Assembly (NCBI GenBank): GCA_963848135.1
Contig: CAWKCK010000002.1
Location: 434,001 to 498,000, forward strand
Direction: 5' to 3'
Source of the DNA: an uncultured delta proteobacterium
GTDB lineage: Bacteria; Desulfobacterota; Desulfobacteria; Desulfobacterales; SG8-13
DNA length: 64,000 bases
This document shows positions 50,630 to 58,984 of this stretch, in pieces. The notes below the pieces were generated by a model, which was not told the DNA's origin, searched no databases, and worked only from the letters and a program-made list of their open reading frames with translations. Both the position numbers and the translations under genes were made by a program. The stretch's first letter is position 1. Every line of letters begins with the position of its first letter.

Positions 50630-52030
50630 TTAGTCGGAATTTGTCCCCAGTTTGTCCAGACGGTAGCGCATCGATCGGAAACTGATCCCGAGCAGATCAG
50701 AGGCCTTGTTCTTGTTTCCGTTAGCAACTTCAAGCGCTTTGAGAAGATAGGCGCGTTCGATTTCTTCCAGGATGTTGTCCAGAGAGACGCCCTGAGATAC
50801 CTCATCAAGATCGAAGCGCCTGTCCCTGACACCCTCGATCCAACGGCGCTTGTGGATGGAAAGTGCCAGGCTGTCCGGCAACAGGATGTTGGTGGTCGAT
50901 AGCGCCACACTGCGTTCAAGAAGGTTTTCCAATTCACGAATATTGCCTGGGAAATCGTACTTGTTGAGCATATCGATGGCGTATGAGGATATTTTAGAAA
51001 TTTTCTTACCCATTTCCCGGGAATATTTATCGAGAAAGTGCTGCGCCAGGGCCCGCAAGTCGCCCTTCCGGTCTCTCAACGGGGGCATCTTGATTTCAAT
51101 AACATTCAAGCGATAGAAGAGGTCTTCCCTGAAATTCCCTTCGATGACCTCTTTTTCCACCTGCTTGTTTGTCGCAGCAATGATTCGGATATCAACCGAC
51201 AACTCTTCACTGCCGCCCACCGGCTTGAAGGTTCGTTCCTGGATGGCCCTCAGAAGTTTGACCTGGATCGGCATACTGAGTTCACCGATTTCATCCAGAA
51301 ATATCGTACCTTTGTCAGCCACCTCGAAGAGGCCCTTTTTGTCGTAAGTGGCACCGGTAAATGAGCCTTTCTTGTGACCGAAAAGCTCGCTCTCCATTAA
51401 GGTTTCCGGTATCCCGCCGCAATTTATAACCACAAACGGTTTGTCGCTGCGATCACTCTCCTGGTGGATGGCCCGGGCGATTAATTCCTTTCCGGTTCCG
51501 CTTTCACCGGTTATGAGAACATTGGTGCGTGTCGGTGCCACCTGGCGGATCATTTTATATATATGAAGCATGGCCGGGCTGTTGCCGACAATTATATCAA
51601 AATGAAGATTCTTCTTGAGCTCGCCTTCGATAATTTCTTTCTCGTGTTCAATCGTCTTCAGATCGAGCGCTTTGGCGATGGTTTGCTTCAGCTCTTCGTT
51701 GTCAAAGGGTTTGGGCACATAATCATAAGCGCCCATGTTCATGGCTTCAACCGCTGTTTCTGTGGTCGCGAATGCTGAGATCATTATAACGGTGGTGTCC
51801 GGATGTTTTGCCTTCGACGCTTTCAAGACATCCAGGCCGGTCATGTCTCCCAGCTTGATGTCGCAAAGCAGCAGGTCGTAGTCATTCTTGTCGAGCGTAG
51901 AAATGGCTTTGCGACCACTCTCTGCAAGGGATACCCTGTAGCCTTCCCGGGAAAGCAGGAACTCGAGCAACTCGCGCATGCTCAGTTCGTCATCTACAAC
52001 CAGAATATGCGGTTGAGTATTGGGTGTCAT
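50630..52030 (-). CDS. pilR: sigma54-dependent response regulator (REC-AAA+-Fis HTH), PilR-like
   Basis: LVVDDE receiver, GESGTGKE, ESELFGHKKGSFTGA (GAFTGA variant), FLDEIGE, DLFYRLNV, PGNIREL, GISFRSMRYRL HTH; directly upstream of pilA. Confidence 0.88.
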   Translation of the reverse strand: MTPNTQPHILVVDDELSMRELLEFLLSREGYRVSLAESGRKAISTLDKNDYDLLLCDIKLGDMTGLDVLKASKAKHPDTTVIMISAFATTETAVEAMNMGAYDYVPKPFDNEELKQTIAKALDLKTIEHEKEIIEGELKKNLHFDIIVGNSPAMLHIYKMIRQVAPTRTNVLITGESGTGKELIARAIHQESDRSDKPFVVINCGGIPETLMESELFGHKKGSFTGATYDKKGLFEVADKGTIFLDEIGELSMPIQVKLLRAIQERTFKPVGGSEELSVDIRIIAATNKQVEKEVIEGNFREDLFYRLNVIEIKMPPLRDRKGDLRALAQHFLDKYSREMGKKISKISSYAIDMLNKYDFPGNIRELENLLERSVALSTTNILLPDSLALSIHKRRWIEGVRDRRFDLDEVSQGVSLDNILEEIERAYLLKALEVANGNKNKASDLLGISFRSMRYRLDKLGTNSD

Positions 52031-52475
52031 GATTTCAACACTTACCTTTTCTTGAGTTTAATGTCAGAGACTATCGATTGTCCAGCCGCTTACTTTTACT
52101 CTCCGAATCTTTCACCAAATGAGGGTTTTCACGCCATCTTCCACCAACCACGAGACCCCCACAACACCGTCACTATAAATTTCTCGGCTGTGGAGCCGGG
52201 GTGAAATTCCCGAAATAGCGTTTTTCCCGTCATGCATCGCGAGCCGCAGCCGGTGCCAACGACTCAACAGTAAAACATATCGAATCGAACTCAATTAACC
52301 TATTAATTATACCGTATTTTCGGAAATGTTTCCAGAAGATCTTGCGGCAGGATACCGTGCAGGGTGGATCCGGTTTGGTTCTTCAGATTATACGGCCTGG
52401 GAGGGGAAAAATAATCGCGTCATAATCTCGCCGGATGCATGTTCTCATTCCCGTCAGTTTAGATCGAGATATTAA

Positions 52476-52640
52476 CAGGGTGTTGAAAAACGTCATGAGC
52501 GCCGGCAAGACAAGGCATAATCCGACGAAAAAGCGGAGTTTATGTGTGATAAATGAGCATTTTCGCTGAAGCGGGGGTAGGGTTCCGCGGTTCAGCCATT
52601 AACGCCGTATTGTCAAGCGCAATCGTTTTTCAACAGCCTG
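52476..52640. mobile_element. MITE-like non-autonomous element (165 bp)
   Basis: Terminal inverted repeats CAGGGTGTTGAAAAACG / CGTTTTTCAACAGCCTG flanked by TTAA and TTAG; no ORF. Confidence 0.7.
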
Positions 52641-52696
52641 TTAGATGACCTTCGGTAAAGTCGGAGAAATAGGTTGGAACCGTTCAAAGCGTCCTT

Positions 52697-53338
52697 TTAC
52701 CTTAGCAAATTTCCAAGCCGGTTCCATCGGACCGAAAAATCATCGCTGTCCCAAGACCAGTAAATCATAAATGCCTTGCCGCTGACGACTTTCAAATCGA
52801 CGAATCCCCAAAAGCGGCTGTCGAAACTCTGATCACGGTTGTCACCCATGACAAACAGAGAGTTATTGGGTACGGTAATCGGTCCGAAATTGTCCCTGGC
52901 TTGAATTCCTGCCGGATAGACCGTCGGGTCCGTTTTTATGGTATAGCCCTCTTCTATTGGTTGTCCGTTGACGAATATGGTTTTATTACGACCTTCAACC
53001 ATATCGCCGGCAATCCCGACGACCCGTTTGATAAAATCCTTTTCGGGCTCGACGGGGAATTTAAAGACAACGATATCACCACGATCCGGTTTTCCGATCG
53101 GAAGGATCACCTTTTGAAGGTACGGCAATTTCACGCCGTAGATGAACTTGTTGACCAGAATATGGTCACCGATCAGCAAGGTATCTTTCATCGAACCGGA
53201 GGGTATTTTAAATGCCTGCACCACGAAAGTCCGGATGAACAATGCCAGCAGTATCGCAACCAGTATCGCTTCGACATTCTCACGCAGACGGCTTTTTTCT
53301 CTCGGTACAGTTCTATTATCGTGCACAGCGTCGGGCAT
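52697..53338 (-). CDS. lepB: signal peptidase I
   Basis: IPSGSMKDTLLIGDHILVNK, RGDIVVF, DFIKRVVG, MGDNRDQSFDSRFWG. Confidence 0.96.
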   Translation of the reverse strand: MPDAVHDNRTVPREKSRLRENVEAILVAILLALFIRTFVVQAFKIPSGSMKDTLLIGDHILVNKFIYGVKLPYLQKVILPIGKPDRGDIVVFKFPVEPEKDFIKRVVGIAGDMVEGRNKTIFVNGQPIEEGYTIKTDPTVYPAGIQARDNFGPITVPNNSLFVMGDNRDQSFDSRFWGFVDLKVVSGKAFMIYWSWDSDDFSVRWNRLGNLLR

Positions 53339-53386
53339 CAGGGTTTCTTTTCCTTTCTATAAAATATGCATTTTCGGAACCCACCT

Positions 53387-53860
53387 TCACAACGGATAGG
53401 TTTGGATCAGTGAAAAAATAAGCCTTAGCAGGATATTGCCGATAACGCCGGCGACCACGTCATCCATGACAACACCGGTGCCGCCTTTCAGGCTTCGCTC
53501 AATAGCACGAATAGGATACGGCTTGGTGATATCGAGAATGCGAAAAATGATAAAACCGGATACGACCGTTATTCCGTCAAATGGCAGACCGGCCATGGTC
53601 ACCATCATTCCAGCAATCTCATCAATAACGATGCTGCCCGGATCTTTTTTGTCCAGTATTTTTTCAGCCGCGTCTGCCAAAAATATGGCACCGCCGATAA
53701 AGGTAACGATAATACCTGACTGCGCCCACCATGGCAAATGGGAAAGCACAAATACCGGCAACAACGCTATCAGCGAGCCAAAGGTTCCAGGCGCAATCGG
53801 TATTCTGCCGATAAAGCCGCCGGTGGCAAGAAACAGCACCGCCATTTGACGAAATTTCAT
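53387..53860 (-). CDS. pgpA: phosphatidylglycerophosphatase A
   Basis: APGTFGS, KDPGSIVIDEIAG, FRILDITKPYPI, GVVMDDVVAG. Confidence 0.95.
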   Translation of the reverse strand: MKFRQMAVLFLATGGFIGRIPIAPGTFGSLIALLPVFVLSHLPWWAQSGIIVTFIGGAIFLADAAEKILDKKDPGSIVIDEIAGMMVTMAGLPFDGITVVSGFIIFRILDITKPYPIRAIERSLKGGTGVVMDDVVAGVIGNILLRLIFSLIQTYPL

Positions 53861-54031
53861 GGACGGGGTCTAACCCCAGGATCGGTTTTTGTCAAGATCC
53901 AAGGTACGTTAGATCCGTTTCGATACGCCGCTGCTATCCGCTTGGCCGTGTCTTCATTTATATTTTATTGAAAAATATTAATGAAGTCTGAAGGATAGAG
54001 TGCATCGTAGCCGTGAACTCAATGCTATTCG

Positions 54032-55195
54032 CTACTTTTGGCCGGCCTCGTTTACAATGGTTTCGTAAACGGTTCTGATGGGAAGGTTTAATTTCAGCGC
54101 GATTTCTCGACAAACGTCATATTCGGGGACAATCCGCGCGGCGCCATCAGGCGTTCTGATCCGTTTTACCAATACCTCTCCGAAAGACGTGTCAACTTGG
54201 ATCTGTTCTCGCTCCAGGAGCTGTCGTTGCATCTCATGATATCGGACACCGGCAGTCGTCGTCTCAGATAACAGACGGGCAACAATCGCATCCTTTGTAT
54301 CTCGGCGGCATAAAACCCGCACCATCGTTCCCGGACGGTTTTTTTTCATATATACCGGAATCCAAAAGACATCGAGGGCCCCATCCTCGAAAAGCCGGTC
54401 CATCAAATAGCCGAAAATTTCCGGATTCATATCGTCGATATTCGTTTCAACGACCATCAGGATGTCATCTCCTTTTGGGTCCAGAGTACCGGTTATAACC
54501 CTCAGAACATTAGGGATCTCTTTAAGGTCGGCCTGCCCGGCACCGTAACCGATTCTATCCACCCGCATGGCCGGGAAGGGCCCAAACGCATCGGCCATTT
54601 CGGTTAAAATGGCGGCGCCCGTGGGGGTCACCAATTCTTGCGCGATGTCGTTCCCATAGATGGGCACACCTTTCAGAAGTTCCAGCGTCGCCGGAGCCGG
54701 TACCGGCAGCGTTCCATGCTGGGACCTCACCATTCCAGTACCGGTTGGAACTTTGGAGGCCATGACGTGTCGTATGCCAAGGTAATCAAAACCTAAAACC
54801 GCCCCGATAATATCAACCAGAGCATCCAAACCACCCACCTCATGGAAGTGAACCTCTTCCACCGGTTGTCTGTGAATGCCGGCCTCAGCGATTGCCAGTC
54901 GCGCAAAAATTGCCAGGCTTTTTTTTTTAACCGCAGGTGACAGCCGACTGGTTTCTATCAATCTCCGGATGTCCGCGTAATTCCTCGCAAAACTGTCTTC
55001 TTTGATAATCACTCGAACGCGACATGCCGCAATCCCATGCCGCATAGTCGAGTCCACCTTTAATTCAAATCCTTCCAGTGGTACTTTGCGGGCCAGGTTT
55101 TCCTGTAACCATTGGGGCGGCAAACCGAGATCGATCAATGCACCCAGGGTCATGTCTCCGCTGATACCGGAAAAGCAATCGAGATATGCCAACAT
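54032..55195 (-). CDS. larC: nickel pincer cofactor biosynthesis protein LarC
   Basis: YLDCFSGISGDMTLGAL, VHFHEVG, HGTLPVPAPAT, ELVTPTGAA, ETNIDD, MKKNRPG, PEYD. Confidence 0.93.
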   Translation of the reverse strand: MLAYLDCFSGISGDMTLGALIDLGLPPQWLQENLARKVPLEGFELKVDSTMRHGIAACRVRVIIKEDSFARNYADIRRLIETSRLSPAVKKKSLAIFARLAIAEAGIHRQPVEEVHFHEVGGLDALVDIIGAVLGFDYLGIRHVMASKVPTGTGMVRSQHGTLPVPAPATLELLKGVPIYGNDIAQELVTPTGAAILTEMADAFGPFPAMRVDRIGYGAGQADLKEIPNVLRVITGTLDPKGDDILMVVETNIDDMNPEIFGYLMDRLFEDGALDVFWIPVYMKKNRPGTMVRVLCRRDTKDAIVARLLSETTTAGVRYHEMQRQLLEREQIQVDTSFGEVLVKRIRTPDGAARIVPEYDVCREIALKLNLPIRTVYETIVNEAGQK

Positions 55196-55342
55196 TGACC
55201 TGTTGTCTCCTTTGTAATGTGCGGGATAATTTAATGACGTCCTTGATCTCGTTAAGCCGCGTCAACCACTTTACCGAATATTAACAAACGATGGCCAATT
55301 GCCTGTTGGGGTCGGATCTATATTGCAGCAAATCGCTCGCCA

Positions 55343-56482
55343 TCAGGTGTGTGCCTGCAGGCGAATGATCTCAATTAGCAACGCAGCCGCCTTTACCATT
55401 TCATCCAGTCGCACGGATTCGTTGACAGTGTGGACATTTTCCATACCTGTCCCCAGCACGCCGGTGATAATTCCCTTTTCGAAGAATATGTTGGCATCGG
55501 ATCCCCCGCCGGTGGATTTACTTTTCATGGTGCGACCCAGATTGGCGGCCGCGCGACCGGCAAGTGCCACGATGTGATGATCCTCGGGTATGCGAGTGCC
55601 CGCATAATCTTTTTCAACCGTTACCTCCAACCAGGGCAATCCATCATCTTCGCTCTCGAAACGACCGTTAGCCACGATATTTTCGAAGGATGCCACGATT
55701 TCTTCGGTGGTAGATTGCAGTTTGTTGAGATCGTGGCTCCGGACTTCTCCATGGACCTCAACCGTATCGGGAACAATATTTACCGCGCTGCCGCCGGCTA
55801 TTATCCCGATATTGCAAGTTGTTTCGCGATCAATGCGTCCCAGAGACAAGTTCGCAATCGCCCGTGCCGCCAGTTCAATGGCATTGATGCCCTTTTCAGG
55901 GGCAGACCCGGCATGGGCCGATTTTCCGTGAATGATAAATTTCAATCGGTTGGCAGCCGGCGCACGAACCACAATACCATCGGTGTCCGTGGCGTCCAGT
56001 ACATAGCCATAGGATGCACTCAGGAAGCCACTATCGAGGTGCTTGGCTCCCAACAGACCGATTTCCTCGCATACCGTAAAGACCAGTTCCAGCGCACCAT
56101 GCGGAACGCTGTTTTCTTCAAGCACATGTAAAACTTCCAGCAAAACGGCTATGGCACTCTTGTCATCGGCCCCGAGAACCGTGGTTCCGTCGCTGGTGAA
56201 CACGCCGTCCTTCAATATGGCCGTCACCCCTTTTCCCGGTTGCACCGTATCGAGGTGCGCGCTTAACAACAACGGCGCAGCCGGCGTATTCCCCGGCAAT
56301 CTGGCAAGAAGGTTCCCCGAATCACCACCGATTTGTTTGTCGGCATCATCGATTCTAGTTTCGGCACCCATAGATTCAAGCATCTCGACAAGCGTGAGCG
56401 CCAGACGGCCTTCCTCTTTGGACACACTGTCGATGACTACCAGGCGTTGAAATGTTTGGGCGAGCCGGTTGTGATCGATCAC
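55343..56482 (-). CDS. M20 family peptidase T-like metallopeptidase
   Basis: SAHLDTV, LGADDK, EEIGLLG, GKSAHAG, GGGSDAN, HTVNE. Confidence 0.9.
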   Translation of the reverse strand: MIDHNRLAQTFQRLVVIDSVSKEEGRLALTLVEMLESMGAETRIDDADKQIGGDSGNLLARLPGNTPAAPLLLSAHLDTVQPGKGVTAILKDGVFTSDGTTVLGADDKSAIAVLLEVLHVLEENSVPHGALELVFTVCEEIGLLGAKHLDSGFLSASYGYVLDATDTDGIVVRAPAANRLKFIIHGKSAHAGSAPEKGINAIELAARAIANLSLGRIDRETTCNIGIIAGGSAVNIVPDTVEVHGEVRSHDLNKLQSTTEEIVASFENIVANGRFESEDDGLPWLEVTVEKDYAGTRIPEDHHIVALAGRAAANLGRTMKSKSTGGGSDANIFFEKGIITGVLGTGMENVHTVNESVRLDEMVKAAALLIEIIRLQAHT

Positions 56483-56534
56483 GGGACCCTCCTATCCATC
56501 GTTAACAACCACAGCTGATTTCCCGACAAAGTGG

Positions 56535-56562
56535 TTGACAAAACGCACGGCCTCTATATTAT
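56535..56562 (+). promoter_or_regulatory. sigma70 promoter of selC
   Basis: TTGACA-16 nt-TATTAT ending 11 nt before the tRNA 5' end. Confidence 0.7.
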
Positions 56563-56573
56563 TAGGGCTCCAC

Positions 56574-56671
56574 GGAAGTGCGCAGCTCACTGGTGGGGCT
56601 CCCGGGCTTCAAACCCGGTGTGGGGCGCTAAAACCGTCCCGGGTGGGTTCGATTCCCATGCACTTCCGCCA
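56574..56671 (+). tRNA. selC: tRNA-Sec(TCA)
   Basis: 8-bp acceptor GGAAGTGC/GCACTTCC-GCCA, anticodon loop CTTCAAA, long variable arm, 5-bp T stem GTGGG-TTCGATT-CCCAT; 98 nt. Confidence 0.95.
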
Positions 56672-57147
56672 TTTTATTATTTATTTCAGACAGTTAAATT
56701 CCAACACCCCTACTCTATTACAGCCAAAACCTGACCTATATTATTAACAAGTAAAGCATCCTTCTGACTAAACTGTTACAATATCTTGCAAGCTCAAATT
56801 CACTCTTTTTAGCCTCTTTATGTTTTTCACACTTTCGAACCATTCCAGGTTCCAGACCGATAATATCAATACAGTTGCCTTTGGTCCAGAAGTGTTGACA
56901 CCAGTGATTTTTTTCCTATTATTCTCTGCACTGATTTAAAACTCGAAGCGTTGTTCAGCGCTTGATCACCTTACATATCCTGCGATAGACACTTTCTGCC
57001 GAACTATCGCAAGCAGGGCCCGTTGGTGCACTTGCACGTTAACTTAAATGATATATTCAATATGGCATTCGTATTAAATTTGGATATTTTTCTTTTTAAA
57101 AACGTATTGTGTCCATAAAAAAACTGCCTCAATAGCAAAGGAACATT

Positions 57148-58494
57148 ATGAAGGATGGACGCAAAGAGAGTAATATTAGGAAAGTTTATTCTATTCTAAA
57201 GCAACCATTATCTATTTTATTGCCTATAAAAATAAATAAAAAAAACCATTTGTTCATAATTATCTTCATTTTATTAAATTGTTTGATTCTTTATAATATA
57301 ATTCTTTTGTCAAACGATATTATTAATGGAGACTTTACGGCCAAAAATCTATTTCCCTCACCTCGCTATGAATTTATGAGAGTTCCTGAGAACCCTCTCA
57401 CGCTAAAAGTTAAAGCTGAAAACAGATTAGCAGCTGACTTTGCCCAAATATATTTCCCATCCCAAAAGTTTTCTTCTTTAACCCAGGCCTATACGAGAGA
57501 GAGCCTTGACCCATGGCAAAGGCCATCAAGATACGCGCCACTCATACATGCCATCTGTTCGATGAGTATTTGCAAATTGAATTACGGTTATGCAAGTTTT
57601 CTCCACATAACGATCCAACTGTTTATGTTCTATCTATCTTTTATATATGCTTTTAAAATTTTACATTTAGAAAGATACATATTTTATAGTATTTTACTTG
57701 TGAATTTTTGTCTTTTTTTAACGCCTGCTGGCCTTTCATGGTTTGAGCGCGGCCAATTTTCTCTCTATGTTTCCATAAGTTATTTATGGTTAATGTTGGG
57801 AATTATAAATAGAAGTAAACTCTATATATTCTTATCAGCACTATTTGCTTATGTGAAATTGACATCCCTTCCATTAATCTTCGTGGTTTTTTTCATATGG
57901 ATGCTTAATTCAAAAAACCTTAAAGAATTAAAGCAGAGTATATTTACAGCATTAGTTTTCTTGTTAACCATTGCACTTTTATTCTTACTCTATCCAGAAC
58001 TTGGTGTTGACTTTATTTCTGGTATTTTTGAACAGGAGCTAGGTTATAATCCCGGCGGGATTAGCCTATCGAATCTACTCCCAAAATATCTTGTAAAAGC
58101 ACTACCGATTATTTTGATAATTCTGGGCTATTCGCATATTAAAAGGTACAAGAATGACTTTATCTTTCTTGTCCCATATTTAACTGGTTGTGCCATCATC
58201 CTTATAACCTATCCAACATTGGCATACGATTACAGTGTGCCTTGTTTGTTTTGCTTCATCCCATTAGTAATTTATTGGTCTAAACAAACATTAATCCACG
58301 ATAATTTTGCTATTCATATGATCAAGTATTTTTTCCCTTTTTTTATAATTGCTGCTTCTTTTTCAAAATTTTTCATCATGTTTTTTTATTCACAGTCAAT
58401 CATTACCATATTTTACATATTGTCATCATTAGTTTTCTTTGTTTTACCTGTGTTACCCAAAATGCACAGAATTAAAATAAAAGACATTCAATGA
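57148..58494 (+). CDS. AT-rich multi-TM protein, GT87/DUF2029-like GT-C glycosyltransferase
   Basis: ADFAQIY, RYAPL, FERGQFS, AYVKL, AYDYS motifs resemble GT87 (DF..Y, YPP, GQ, K, HDY); visibly lower GC than flanks. Confidence 0.65.
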   Translation: MKDGRKESNIRKVYSILKQPLSILLPIKINKKNHLFIIIFILLNCLILYNIILLSNDIINGDFTAKNLFPSPRYEFMRVPENPLTLKVKAENRLAADFAQIYFPSQKFSSLTQAYTRESLDPWQRPSRYAPLIHAICSMSICKLNYGYASFLHITIQLFMFYLSFIYAFKILHLERYIFYSILLVNFCLFLTPAGLSWFERGQFSLYVSISYLWLMLGIINRSKLYIFLSALFAYVKLTSLPLIFVVFFIWMLNSKNLKELKQSIFTALVFLLTIALLFLLYPELGVDFISGIFEQELGYNPGGISLSNLLPKYLVKALPIILIILGYSHIKRYKNDFIFLVPYLTGCAIILITYPTLAYDYSVPCLFCFIPLVIYWSKQTLIHDNFAIHMIKYFFPFFIIAASFSKFFIMFFYSQSIITIFYILSSLVFFVLPVLPKMHRIKIKDIQ

Positions 58495-58634
58495 TAACCT
58501 ATTGATACCGAGATTTGCTATAGGGGTGGGTAAAGACGATCAAGCATTCAATGGTGGCTGCATGTTGGGCAGCTGTAGGAATCATCGATAGGGAATCGGT
58601 GAGCAAAAAAGCCGTGAAACATTATCCCCAATTT

Positions 58635-58916
58635 TTAACCATACTCGTCAGAGAAGGGTTGAAAGGAAAGTTCAATGGCAAATGATGTCATAATCGTCAC
58701 AACCATCATAAATTGTTCGATTTTAATTCTTTCTGCCAATGGCAAAGTTTTTAGCCAATAACCCGCAATGACTGCAAATGAAGGCATCAGGAACAGCCAT
58801 ATTCTCTCAGTCTCCAAATAAAAAAGACCGGAAAAACTAAATATTAATATGGTTAAGAAAAAACTTGAAGCATAGTTGCGCATTACAACGTTTCTTGTAT
58901 GCTTTAACTCTTTCAT
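58635..58916 (-). pseudogene. C-terminal remnant of a membrane (GT-C-like) protein
   Basis: Hydrophobic fragment with LETERIWLFLMP; the frame continues upstream through an in-frame TAG (LPNFTAAILSL*AMK) and runs into the feoB end. Confidence 0.45.
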
Positions 58917-58984
58917 TGCCTATAACGATAAAATTGCAGCTGTAAAATTGGGCAGTATAAAAAACGCCGCAATGCGCGGATGGA

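Noticed and set aside
52112..52294. 60-aa ORF or pilS remnant upstream of pilR
   Set aside because: No histidine-kinase H/N/G-box similarity visible and no clear RBS
54032..55195. larC as part of a lactate racemase operon or with a programmed frameshift
   Set aside because: It is a single intact ORF with no larA, larB or larE adjacent; stand-alone larC is ordinary
56531..56747. ORFs 56531-56734 and 56535-56747
   Set aside because: They overlap tRNA-Sec and its promoter
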